Source: Candidatus Eremiobacteria bacterium
GTDB taxonomy: Bacteria > Vulcanimicrobiota > Vulcanimicrobiia > Vulcanimicrobiales > Vulcanimicrobiaceae
Assembly: GCA_963737065.1 (NCBI GenBank)
Contig: CAVTRC010000002.1
Location: 384,001 to 448,000 of the forward strand
Length of the DNA: 64,000 bases
Reading direction: 5' to 3'
The notes under the pieces are model-generated. The model was given only the letters and a program-made list of their open reading frames with translations. It made no database searches and was not told the DNA's origin. Both the position numbers and the translations under genes were made by a program. Position 1 is the first letter of the stretch. Each line of letters begins with the position of its first letter. Positions 10,176-19,605 of the stretch are shown here, in pieces.

Positions 10176-11423
10176 GTGAGTAGACTGAGCACCGGAACTT
10201 TGGCACTTCTGTTTGCAGCGTGCTGCGCGCTCACTGCGGTCGCGCAAAACGTTGCACCCGCAAATTTCGGAAGTCCGCCCTCCGGTCAAATCCCGATCCT
10301 CTTTAACGATCACCACGTGTATAGCAAGCCGGATCTTTTGAGGCGCGGCCGGGTTCTTGCTGCACTGGTGCGCGGCGGGACCATTCTCATTCCGTTGCGT
10401 TCGATGTTCGAACAGATGGGCGCAAGCGTGTCGTACAATGGCGCTACGAAAACCGTGACGGTGACGAAGCCGGGCTCGGAAGTTCGCGTAACGGTAGGAC
10501 GTTCCGAGGTCGTGATCAACGGCGAAACGCGTCCGCTCGACGTGCCGCCGGTAATCTATCAAGGAACCGTTCTGGTTCCCGTTCGTGTTATTTCCGAAGG
10601 CATGGGCGCGTACGTGCAATGGGTTCCCGACAAACAAGTCGTCGTCGTGCGCTATCTACCAGCCACGCCGCCGCCCACCGCACCTCCGACGGAGGCCCCG
10701 ACGACGGCGCCGACGATCGTTCCGACGCCAACCGCCGTGCCGACGCGCTACAACGAAGTGTGGCTCGTGGGCGACTACATTTTCTCGCCAAAAATCTACA
10801 ACGAATTGAGTCCGGGTAACATCGGAACCGCGACGTGGGCGGCGCGCGGCGGGTTCGAATTCGACGCGTTCAATCTTCCATGGATGGTCGAAGGCTCGTG
10901 GGAGGAATTCACCTATCCGCACGACTGTCCGCCGCTTATTGCGCCGGTCGTTCCCAGCGAATGCAATGTCACGACGATCGGCCGGACCGGACAAGTGATT
11001 GTGCCGGCGTTTACCGTGCGCGACAATGACTTCGACTGGCGCTTAGGATTCCGCGTCTTCGAACCACGTATCTACATCGGCGTCGGCTATCTCTTCCGCA
11101 CGGGAAATTACGGCTACCCGCAAGTGCAAGGGCTTGGCTACGGTGGTGAAAAGCTTCCCGACCTGGACAGGCCGATCTCGGTCTTCGGCAGCGCCTGGTA
11201 TTATCCGAACGCGAAAGGCGCATATACCGATCCGGGCACCGGCCTCGGTTACACCGTCGCGTACCGTATCCTCAAGTATCAAATTGGCGGTACGCTGTTG
11301 CTTCGACCCAGCCCGATTTTCATCGACTTCGGCTACATGGGAATCAGCGGGAAGAACAAGACCAATGCGCCCTCGGATTTCAACATAAACGGGCCTTTCG
11401 CGGGCATCGGCATCAGGTTCTAG
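10176..11423 (+). CDS. Secreted stalk-domain/beta-barrel protein, copy 2 (tandem paralog)
   Basis: Near-identical N-terminal half to 8724..10034; ends GIGIRF. Confidence 0.8.
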   Translation: MSRLSTGTLALLFAACCALTAVAQNVAPANFGSPPSGQIPILFNDHHVYSKPDLLRRGRVLAALVRGGTILIPLRSMFEQMGASVSYNGATKTVTVTKPGSEVRVTVGRSEVVINGETRPLDVPPVIYQGTVLVPVRVISEGMGAYVQWVPDKQVVVVRYLPATPPPTAPPTEAPTTAPTIVPTPTAVPTRYNEVWLVGDYIFSPKIYNELSPGNIGTATWAARGGFEFDAFNLPWMVEGSWEEFTYPHDCPPLIAPVVPSECNVTTIGRTGQVIVPAFTVRDNDFDWRLGFRVFEPRIYIGVGYLFRTGNYGYPQVQGLGYGGEKLPDLDRPISVFGSAWYYPNAKGAYTDPGTGLGYTVAYRILKYQIGGTLLLRPSPIFIDFGYMGISGKNKTNAPSDFNINGPFAGIGIRF

Positions 11424-11446
11424 CTGCGAGCGGCGCCTTACAAGGT

Positions 11447-11478
11447 GAAGAGTCCGGCGACGGCCGGACTCTTCGTTT
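11447..11478 (+). terminator. Intrinsic terminator-like hairpin
   Basis: GAAGAGTCCGGC-GACG-GCCGGACTCTTC-GTTT. Confidence 0.75.
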
Positions 11479-11556
11479 GCTGAGCAGCGTTGCGCCGGGG
11501 TGCCGAAGAAGTTATTGCCAACCCCCCAGGCGCCGGGGGTAGTCTATTCTTTAGTT

Positions 11557-13056
11557 ATGTCGGAACAACGTACCGATCTCGTTCTCGTCGGCGCCGGAAT
11601 CATGAGCGCGACGCTCGCCGCAATGCTCAAGGAAGTCGCGCCGGAGACCAGTCTCGAGATTCTCGAGACGCTTCCGCAGCCCGCCGAAGAGAGTTCCAAC
11701 GCCTGGAACAACGCCGGCACGGGCCATGCCGCGCTGTGCGAACTCAACTATACGCCGCAACGTCCGGATGGCACGGTGACGATTGACCGCGCGCTCAAGG
11801 TCAATACGCAGTTCGATCTTTCGCGGCAGTTCTGGGCGCAGATGGTACGCAACGGCGCGCTAGGCGCGCCGCAATCGTTCATTCACGACGTGCCGCACAT
11901 CAGCTTCGTCTGGGGCGACGACAGCGTCCGCTTTCTTCGCAAACGCTATGAAGCGATGAGCGCGCATCACTGTTTTGCCGGCATGGAATACACCGAAGAC
12001 CGCGCAGTGCTCGAGCAATGGATGCCGTTGATCATGGAAGGTCGAGATCCGCATCAACCCGTTGCGGGAACGCGGATGGTCACCGGAACCGACGTAGATT
12101 ACGGCGCGGTGACGCGCGGGTTGTTGCGTCATCTTTCGACGCAACCCGGTGTTGGCATCCACTATAGGCAACGCGTTACCGATTTAACACGTCGCTGGGA
12201 CGGGTGGCTAGTGACGATCGAGGACGATTCCAGCGGCACGACGCGTGAGATTATTGCGAAAAACGTGTTTCTCGGCGCGGGCGGTGGTGCGTTGCCGCTG
12301 CTGCAGAAATCGGGGATCGAAGAAGGCAAAGGATTCGGCGGATTTCCGGTCAGCGGAATTTTCTTGCGCTGCGACGATCCATCGGTCGTCGATCGCCATC
12401 TCGCGAAAGTGTACGGAAAAGCACCGGTCGGCGCGCCGCCGATGTCCGTACCTCATCTGGACACGCGCTACGTCGGCGGAACGCGTTCGCTGCTTTTCGG
12501 ACCGTACGCCGGATTCTCGACGAAGTTCCTCAAGCACGGTTCGCTCGTCGATCTCTTCACTTCGGTGAAGACCGACAACATCGGTTCTCTCCTTGCCGTA
12601 GGCCGCGATAACTTCGGCCTGACGAAGTATCTCGTCGGCCAAGTTCTCGACTCGAAAGACGCCAAGTATGCCGCGTTGCGCGAGTACTTTCCCAATGCGG
12701 ATCCCGACCAGTGGAAGTTCATCGTGGCCGGCCAGCGCGTGCAGGTCATCATGCCCGATAAGAAGACCGGTGGAAAGCTGCAGTTCGGTACCGAGGTGGT
12801 CTCGGCCGCGGACGGTTCGCTTGCGGCCGTTCTCGGCGCATCGCCCGGCGCTTCAGTCGCCGTAGCGGTCATCCTCGATGTCATGGCGCGCCTCTACAAG
12901 ACGCGGTTTCCCGGCTGGGCGGGCAAGCTTCGAGCGATTATCCCATCCTACCGTCAATCGATCGCGAACGACGCGGCGCTGTGCCGGCAAATCCGCGACG
13001 ATACGTCCGAGGTTCTGCATCTCACCAAGCAGCACGCGCCAGCGACGACGCCGTAA
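11557..13056 (+). CDS. mqo: Malate:quinone oxidoreductase
   Basis: VLVGAGIMSATL, ESSNAWNNAGTGHAALCELNYTP, PPMSVPHLDTR, LGASPGAS. Confidence 0.95.
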   Translation: MSEQRTDLVLVGAGIMSATLAAMLKEVAPETSLEILETLPQPAEESSNAWNNAGTGHAALCELNYTPQRPDGTVTIDRALKVNTQFDLSRQFWAQMVRNGALGAPQSFIHDVPHISFVWGDDSVRFLRKRYEAMSAHHCFAGMEYTEDRAVLEQWMPLIMEGRDPHQPVAGTRMVTGTDVDYGAVTRGLLRHLSTQPGVGIHYRQRVTDLTRRWDGWLVTIEDDSSGTTREIIAKNVFLGAGGGALPLLQKSGIEEGKGFGGFPVSGIFLRCDDPSVVDRHLAKVYGKAPVGAPPMSVPHLDTRYVGGTRSLLFGPYAGFSTKFLKHGSLVDLFTSVKTDNIGSLLAVGRDNFGLTKYLVGQVLDSKDAKYAALREYFPNADPDQWKFIVAGQRVQVIMPDKKTGGKLQFGTEVVSAADGSLAAVLGASPGASVAVAVILDVMARLYKTRFPGWAGKLRAIIPSYRQSIANDAALCRQIRDDTSEVLHLTKQHAPATTP

Positions 13057-13184
13057 GCCAAACATCGGTACGTGACATCGCGTACGGAAACGAAGAATTG
13101 TAGCGCATTTTCATTGCGCAGGTTTCTCTGGCGCAGCAATGAACTGGGCGCGATATAGCACCTTGGTTTTTCCCGGAGGACTTT

Positions 13185-14006
13185 TTGAGAAAGTTTTTGT
13201 CTTTTTGCGCGCTCGGTCTTATGACGAGCGCTATTTCTGCTTGCGGTGGCCCCTCGAAACTGCCAACGGTTGTTAGAGCGGCCGAAGAACGATCGTTAAT
13301 TTTGGCGCACGGCCAGATGCACGCCGCAGCGACTCCTTCATCGGTGTGCGGCGTGGCGAGCAAAATCATATCGTGCAATCCGACGATACAAAAGACGTCG
13401 ACTTTGGCGGGCGTTGGGACAGCCGCCCGAAGAGGCCAATTTACTTGGACCAACGGCGGAGGCGATGCAGCTGATTTCAGTACAGAAGCAGAAATCGCGG
13501 ATCTCGATCAAACGGCCGAAGAACAGCCAAACTCCTTCTGGATCGCGATGTGGTTTTCCGCGATCAATCGCTACGTTGCAACGCATGCGGTCGCGTATAA
13601 CGGAAATCCGGCAGATGGCCAAACATGCGCAGCTTCTAAGCCGGTTGGTGACTTTCTGGGGATGTACAACAACGGGAGTGGCCAACAAAGCATGTACGCC
13701 CAAGAAGTCAACGTGGTCTTTGGTGATCCGAAATTCACCGTAACCAATCCTTCGAGCTATGCAACCTCCGGCGTGGTCCTAGCATGGGTTTATAAGGATC
13801 AAAACGGTCACTATTGGATCCAACCCAATCCAGCCATTCAAAGTCAGATTACGGCGGGAGTATCGGCTTGGTATGCTTCCGTGGGAATCACGTTTCCCGC
13901 GAACGGTAATGTGACATATGTGGGCGCTGCGCCGCCGAAGTTGCCTAGTGCTGAGACCTACGCAACCTGTTGGCCTCAGGCTCCTGGCGGATTATTTCCG
14001 GGGTGA
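13185..14006 (+). CDS. Hypothetical lipoprotein
   Basis: GGAGG RBS, TTG start, ISAC lipobox; visibly more AT-rich than flanks. Confidence 0.7.
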   Translation: MRKFLSFCALGLMTSAISACGGPSKLPTVVRAAEERSLILAHGQMHAAATPSSVCGVASKIISCNPTIQKTSTLAGVGTAARRGQFTWTNGGGDAADFSTEAEIADLDQTAEEQPNSFWIAMWFSAINRYVATHAVAYNGNPADGQTCAASKPVGDFLGMYNNGSGQQSMYAQEVNVVFGDPKFTVTNPSSYATSGVVLAWVYKDQNGHYWIQPNPAIQSQITAGVSAWYASVGITFPANGNVTYVGAAPPKLPSAETYATCWPQAPGGLFPG

Positions 14007-14422
14007 ATCGCCTTTTTGCAATGATACTGCTCCTTGCGCTGTGTTGTACCATGCGGACCGACGCAGCGGAAGCCTATCTTTGTCACGGCGCGATAAAGCG
14101 CGGCGACCTTCTCGGAATATATGGCATCGACCCAGGAGGTAATCTTATATCTGCAGGTGAGACGATCGAACGACATAAAGACGCCATCACGGGACTCAAT
14201 GTATCAAGTCTCGAAATAGTAGACACAAAGGGTCGCATGGCGGGATGGCTTTACATCGACGAGCACGGCACCCGCTTCGCACAGTTACTTTCGTCAGCAC
14301 CTAGCGATCTTTATGAGTGGTTCGGTATCGTCGCAAGCGGAATGCACAATTCGCCGCCGATTGTTGTTAGCCGTATTCGAGCTGTACCTCCGCATTACGG
14401 TGTACGAATGTGCGACCGCTAG
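14003..14422 (+). CDS. Hypothetical secreted protein, distant paralog of the upstream gene's C-terminal domain
   Basis: GTGA overlap with upstream stop; signal peptide NRLFAMILLLALCC..AEA. Confidence 0.65.
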   Translation: MNRLFAMILLLALCCTMRTDAAEAYLCHGAIKRGDLLGIYGIDPGGNLISAGETIERHKDAITGLNVSSLEIVDTKGRMAGWLYIDEHGTRFAQLLSSAPSDLYEWFGIVASGMHNSPPIVVSRIRAVPPHYGVRMCDR

Positions 14423-14465
14423 CCGTTGCGGATATACGATACGAACGTAGTGAGCCCGCGCTCTT

Positions 14466-14803
14466 TTAGCGCGGGGTGCTTTTGAACGCGTGGTGGATCG
14501 CTTCGTGCGATCGGACCGCAGCCTCCAGCGCGTTGTTGGGAAGGCCGTCCGCGGCGACGATGCGAGGGCTGAGGTGCCACCGGGTCGATAACGGCGCCAG
14601 AGGCGCTTGAGCTGGCGGATCGAGATCCACAGGGTTCGAGCCGCATCCGCCTGGCACAGCGTCCCCGCCGCCAATCCCTGAAGCACTTCAAGGCGGCGAA
14701 CTTCCTTGACAGTCAAGGTAATAAGCTCCATGTCGGAGCCCCTTGGCCTCGTAAGGGGACATCTCTGCTTTGCTCAAAAGGGGACATGTGAATTGCCGCT
14801 ACA
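14466..14803 (-). mobile_element. Truncated IS remnant (IS1202/ISNCY-like): HTH transposase N-terminus plus left end
   Basis: MELITLTVKEVRRLEVLQ..QADAARTL.ISIRQLKRLWRRYR then frame breaks; end with two AAGGGGACAT repeats (14753, 14778) terminating in ACA (TGT on minus). Confidence 0.7.
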
Positions 14804-14819
14804 GCAGCGCCCTAACCTG

Positions 14820-14849
14820 TTGACCGCTGCAGGGACGCTGCGGTAAGAT
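14820..14849 (+). promoter_or_regulatory. Putative sigma70 promoter for rpsK-rpsD-rpoA-rplQ
   Basis: TTGACC-N18-TAAGAT. Confidence 0.5.
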
Positions 14850-15031
14850 ACCGCCTTGGCGCCGCCCTCTCTCTTCAGCGGCGCACGCGGTTCGCGTCCT
14901 TACAGGCGCCGTCAGTCTTTCGCCAAGCTTGACGTACGGAGATCGGGCCTTTCGCGCGAGCGAAACTGCGCCGGTCGAGGCGACGACAGCTCCATCGTTT
15001 GGAGTTAGGAAAAACATCGTTCGGAGTAATT

Positions 15032-15427
15032 TTGGCTGCCAAAAAGCAAACCAAGTCGCGCAAGAAGCGTGAAGTTAAGAACGTCCAATCGGGCGTCGCT
15101 CACGTGCACGCGTCGTTCAACAATACGGTCGTAACGATCACCGATCCGCACGGCAACGTCATTTCGTGGGCCTCGGCCGGTAATCTCGGTTTCAAAGGCT
15201 CGAAGAAGTCGACGCCGTTCGCCGCCCAGATGGCTGCAGAGTCGGCCGCGCGCAAAGCGATGGATCACGGCATGAAGAGCACGGAAGTGCTCGTGAAGGG
15301 TCCCGGCGCCGGACGCGAAGCCGCAATCCGTTCGCTGCAAGCCGCCGGCCTAGAGATCACGATGATCAAAGACGTTACGCCCATTCCGCACAACGGTTGC
15401 CGCCCGCCGAAGCGGCGCCGCGTGTAA
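15032..15427 (+). CDS. rpsK: 30S ribosomal protein S11
   Basis: [42 protein letters not shown] start after GGAG. Confidence 0.97.
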   Translation: MAAKKQTKSRKKREVKNVQSGVAHVHASFNNTVVTITDPHGNVISWASAGNLGFKGSKKSTPFAAQMAAESAARKAMDHGMKSTEVLVKGPGAGREAAIRSLQAAGLEITMIKDVTPIPHNGCRPPKRRRV

Positions 15428-15443
15428 TTCGAAGAGAGAGTAG

Positions 15444-16100
15444 ATGTCGCGATATATTGGACCGGTCTGCCGCTTGTGCCGTCGCGAAACGGCCGCCAGC
15501 AAGACCGGTGAAAAAATCAAACTGTTCCTCAAGGGCGATCGCTGCCTGAGCAAAAAATGCGCGGTCGAACGCCGCGGTACCGCGCCCGGTCAGAAGACCG
15601 CCGGTAAAACGCGCCAGAAAGTTTCCGAATACGGCCGTCAGCTTCGCGAGAAGCAGAAGATGCGCCGCTACTACGGCGTGCACGAGACGCAATTCGCGAA
15701 CTATTTCCGCGAAGCAGCGCGCGTTCCGGGACAAACGGGTCGCACGTTCTTGCAGCTGCTGGAACGCCGTCTCGATAACCTCGTCTACCGCTTGAACCTC
15801 GCGACGAGCCGCGCGCAGGCGCGTCAACTCGTGACGCACCGCCACTTTCGTCTGAACGGCAAAATCGTCAACGTCCCGTCGCTGATTGTGAAGCCCGGCG
15901 ACGTGATCTCGATCGGCGAGCGCAGCCTGAAGGCGCCGGTATTCGAGGCAAATCTCGAAGTGGCGCGTTCGCGCCGACCGCCCGAGTGGCTCGAATGGAA
16001 CGACGCCGACAACACCGGTAAAGTTCTCCAACTGCCGTCGCGTGAACAGATCGACACGCCCGTAGACGAGCAGTTGATCGTCGAATTCTACTCTCGCTAG
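15444..16100 (+). CDS. rpsD: 30S ribosomal protein S4 (Cys-containing form)
   Basis: [34 protein letters not shown]. Confidence 0.98.
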   Translation: MSRYIGPVCRLCRRETAASKTGEKIKLFLKGDRCLSKKCAVERRGTAPGQKTAGKTRQKVSEYGRQLREKQKMRRYYGVHETQFANYFREAARVPGQTGRTFLQLLERRLDNLVYRLNLATSRAQARQLVTHRHFRLNGKIVNVPSLIVKPGDVISIGERSLKAPVFEANLEVARSRRPPEWLEWNDADNTGKVLQLPSREQIDTPVDEQLIVEFYSR

Positions 16101-16305
16101 TCTTTTTGCGCCTGGTGTCGTTGCCGAACGGCTCGTGGTCTTAAGACCACTTCACCGTTCGGCGCCTAACCAGACACAAAAATCCTTAGCGGGGCAGCTG
16201 GCCAAACAAGTAAAACTCAATCTGCTGTTGGGAGTATGATCGCCGGGGTCGCGGGGCGAGTCCGACGGATAACTTGAGCAGCAACAAAGGACCGAAATCA
16301 CACAC

Positions 16306-17232
16306 ATGAACACGTTGGAAACGCCCACCGGCGCTGCGATCGAAGTTCGCGAGCGCCGTGATAACTATGCGAAATTCGTCGTCGAACCGCTCGAGCGCGG
16401 CTTCGGTATCACGCTCGGCAACGCGCTCCGTCGCATTCTGCTCAGCTCGATCCCGGGCGCGGCCGTGACGTACATGAAGATCGACGGCGTGCTGCACGAG
16501 TTCTCGACGATCCCCGGGATGGTCGAAGACACGATTGCGTTGATGCTAAATCTCAAAGGGCTGCCGGTGAAACTCAACAGCGATGAACCGCGCGTACTGA
16601 ACCTTTCGGTCAGTGGACCGAAGGACGTCACGGCGGCCGATATCGCACCGGATGCCGACGTCGAGATTCTCGATCCGAACTATCACCTCGCGACGCTTTC
16701 GTCGAGAGATGCGAAGCTCTCGATGGAGATCGGCGTCGAAAAAGGCCGCGGCTACGTCATGGCCGACAAGCAGCGCAACATCGAGCACATGATCGGACTG
16801 ATCCCGCTCGACTCGATCTTCTCGCCGATTCGCAAGGTAAACTTCACGGTTGACGACACGCGCGTCGGCCAAAGCGTCGACTTCGACCGTTTGACGATCG
16901 AAATCGAAACGAACGGCTCGATCACGCCGGATGACGCGCTTGCGACGGCGGCAACGATCATGCAAGAGCAGCTCGATCTCTTCGTCGGATTCACAAATCG
17001 CGAAGAGCCGCTGCCCGAAGCGCCGCCGAACGAGTGGGACATTCCGGTCGAGACGCTCAATCTCTCCGTCCGTTCGTTCAACTGCCTCAAGCGCGCAGGC
17101 ATTTCGAAGGTATCGGAACTCCTCGATCTCACCGAAGACGAGATCATGAAGATGCGCAACTTCGGACGCAAATCGCTCGATGAAATCAAACAAGTTCTCG
17201 CAGAGAGGGGGCTCTCGCTACGCCTGAGTTAA
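16306..17232 (+). CDS. rpoA: RNA polymerase alpha subunit
   Basis: EPLERGFGITLGNALRRILLSS, LSVRSFNCLKRAGI. Confidence 0.98.
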   Translation: MNTLETPTGAAIEVRERRDNYAKFVVEPLERGFGITLGNALRRILLSSIPGAAVTYMKIDGVLHEFSTIPGMVEDTIALMLNLKGLPVKLNSDEPRVLNLSVSGPKDVTAADIAPDADVEILDPNYHLATLSSRDAKLSMEIGVEKGRGYVMADKQRNIEHMIGLIPLDSIFSPIRKVNFTVDDTRVGQSVDFDRLTIEIETNGSITPDDALATAATIMQEQLDLFVGFTNREEPLPEAPPNEWDIPVETLNLSVRSFNCLKRAGISKVSELLDLTEDEIMKMRNFGRKSLDEIKQVLAERGLSLRLS

Positions 17233-17300
17233 CGCCGCGCGTTAACTTGTAGCGGCCGGTCCTCCGGGGACCATCCGCGGTGCCACTAGCGAAGTACATC

Positions 17301-17654
17301 ATGCCGCACCAAATCGCTTATAAACGTCTCTCGCGCACGGACGGCCACCGTAAGGCGTTGTTGCGCAATCTCGCGACGTCGTTCTTCAAGCATGAGAAGA
17401 TCGAAACGACTTCCACCAAAGCGAAAGAAATCAGCAAGGTCGTCGAACGTTTGATCACGAGTGCGATCTCGGGAGATCTTCACGCGCGCCGGCAGGTCGC
17501 CGAGTTCATTACCGAACCCGCTGTGGCGAAGAAGCTCGTCGAGCAGATCGCGCCGGCGCTCAAGGGCCGCAGCGGCGGATACACACGCATCACGAAAACG
17601 CGCGTCCGTCAGGGCGACGCGGCCGAACTTTCTCTCATCGAACTCGTTCGATAA
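17301..17654 (+). CDS. rplQ: 50S ribosomal protein L17
   Basis: HRKALLRNLA, IETTSTKAKE, GGYTRI. Confidence 0.96.
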   Translation: MPHQIAYKRLSRTDGHRKALLRNLATSFFKHEKIETTSTKAKEISKVVERLITSAISGDLHARRQVAEFITEPAVAKKLVEQIAPALKGRSGGYTRITKTRVRQGDAAELSLIELVR

Positions 17655-17752
17655 TTGGGCAATCGTAATAAGAACAAGTTGAAAAGCGTGCTGCGCGCTA
17701 AAGCGCTGCGCACCCCCATCGGCAACGCCGCCGGGGCCGTCACATTGAGCGC

Positions 17753-17790
17753 GAACGATCCGAAACGCTTTCGGGTCGTTCTGTGCTTTT
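17753..17790 (+). terminator. Intrinsic terminator between rplQ and trpD
   Basis: GAACGATCCGAAA-CGC-TTTCGGGTCGTTC-TGTGCTTTT. Confidence 0.7.
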
Positions 17791-17798
17791 GGTAGCGC

Positions 17799-18812
17799 AT
17801 GCAATACGGCACGCTTCTGCGGCGGCTGATCGCCGGCGAGCACTTGACGCAAAGTGAGAGCGCGGAATTGATCGGTGCGATCGTGGACGGTTCGTTCAGC
17901 ACGATTCAAGGCGCGGGACTGCTCGTCGCGCTCGCCGCAAAGGGCGAGCAGATTGACGAAATCGTCGGCGCCGCGCGTGCGATGCGCGAGCGAAGCGTGC
18001 ACGTGGAGCACGGACTCAAAACGGTCGTGGATGTCGTCGGCACAGGTGGCGACGGTGCCAATACCATTAATATTTCCACCATGGCGGCGCTCACGGTCGC
18101 GGCGGCCGGCGTAGCGGTTGCGAAGCACGGCAACCGAGCCGCCTCCAGTGCATGCGGCAGTGCCGACGTGCTCGAGGCGACCGGTCTACCGCTGGATCTT
18201 GCACCCGATCGTGCCGCCCGCATGTTACACGGCAGCAACTTCACCTTTATGTTTGCGCCGCGCTATCATCCCGCGATGAAAAACGTCGCGCCGATTCGGA
18301 GCGAGCTCGGCGTTCGAACGGTTTTCAACGTCCTCGGTCCGCTCACGAATCCCGCTTCGGCCACCGTGCAGGTGGTCGGGGTGGCTCGTCCGCAACTGCT
18401 CGAAATCATGGGAAGCGTCTTGCGTGATCTCGGTGTCGAGCGCGGCGCAATCGTACACGCTGAAAACGGAATCGATGAAGTTGCCGGCGATGCGCGAACG
18501 CTCGTCTACTCGTTTGACGAGAGCGGCAGCCGCTCATGGACGATCGACCCGCACGACTTCAGCATCGATACCACGCTTCAAGCGATGATCGGCGGAAGCG
18601 TCGAGGCTTGTCGCGATGCGTTTCTCTCGATTCTCGCCGGCGAACGATCGCCGCGCGCAGACGTCGTCGCGCTCAATGCCGCGCTCGTTTTTTATACGCT
18701 TCATATCGACCCAACGTTGCATCAAGCGCTCGAACGCGCGCGCGAGGTGCTCGCATCGGGTGCACCTCTACGTACGTACGAACGTGCTAAGGAGCTTGCG
18801 GTACATGGCTGA
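17799..18812 (+). CDS. trpD: Anthranilate phosphoribosyltransferase
   Basis: DVVGTGGDG..TINIST, KHGNRAASS..GSADVLE. Confidence 0.96.
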   Translation: MQYGTLLRRLIAGEHLTQSESAELIGAIVDGSFSTIQGAGLLVALAAKGEQIDEIVGAARAMRERSVHVEHGLKTVVDVVGTGGDGANTINISTMAALTVAAAGVAVAKHGNRAASSACGSADVLEATGLPLDLAPDRAARMLHGSNFTFMFAPRYHPAMKNVAPIRSELGVRTVFNVLGPLTNPASATVQVVGVARPQLLEIMGSVLRDLGVERGAIVHAENGIDEVAGDARTLVYSFDESGSRSWTIDPHDFSIDTTLQAMIGGSVEACRDAFLSILAGERSPRADVVALNAALVFYTLHIDPTLHQALERAREVLASGAPLRTYERAKELAVHG

Positions 18813-19605
18813 AAGCGACGTCCTCAAGAAGATCTACGCGGCGAAAGCACAGCATCTCGAAGAAGAGATGGCGCGCGAACCGTATGCGTTGATCCGCGAG
18901 CGCGCATTGGCGAGCATCGCGGGGAGGCGACGCTTTCTCGATGCGCTCAAGGCGGAGCGTGGAAGCGCGTTGATCGCCGAGATCAAGCGGGCATCGCCAT
19001 CGGCCGGGCTCATTGCGCGAGACTTCGATGCCGTGAAGATTGCCGAGCGCTACGACGCCGCCGGTGCGGACGCGATCAGCATCTTAACGGAGAGCGATCA
19101 CTTCTTGGGCGATATACGCTATCTGCCGGAAGTGCGCGTGAAGACCAAACTGCCGCTGCTTCGAAAAGATTTTATTACGCATCCGTATCAAGTCGCGCAG
19201 TCGGCCGCGTACGGTGCGGACTGCATTCTGCTCATTGTCGGCGGGTTGCGCGACGAGCAGATCGGCAGCTGTCTCGATGAGGCGCGCCGGTACGAGCTAG
19301 ACGTCCTCGTGGAGGTCCACGACGCCAAAAACCTCAACCGCGCGCTTGAATTCGACGTAAACTTCATCGGCGTGAACAATCGGAATCTCCGAACGATGAT
19401 TACGGACCTCGCGGTCGGCGAGCACGTTCTGCCGCACGTGCCGAAGACCGTCTTTGCGATCAGCGAGAGCGGCCTCACGTCGCAGCAAGATATCGAACGA
19501 CTGCGCAAAGCGGGTGCAAGGGGATTCCTCATCGGCGAAGCGCTGATGCGCGCGGACGATTTGGAGCAATTGATCGCTTCGTTCAAACGTGTCTACGCGA
19601 ATTAA
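18805..19605 (+). CDS. trpC: Indole-3-glycerol phosphate synthase
   Basis: IAEIKRASPSAG, LLRKDFI, GVNNRNL, SESG. Confidence 0.96.
   Translation: MAESDVLKKIYAAKAQHLEEEMAREPYALIRERALASIAGRRRFLDALKAERGSALIAEIKRASPSAGLIARDFDAVKIAERYDAAGADAISILTESDHFLGDIRYLPEVRVKTKLPLLRKDFITHPYQVAQSAAYGADCILLIVGGLRDEQIGSCLDEARRYELDVLVEVHDAKNLNRALEFDVNFIGVNNRNLRTMITDLAVGEHVLPHVPKTVFAISESGLTSQQDIERLRKAGARGFLIGEALMRADDLEQLIASFKRVYAN

Noticed and set aside
17655..17798. T-box or Trp leader-peptide attenuator
   Set aside because: No T-box consensus and no ORF with tandem TGG codons
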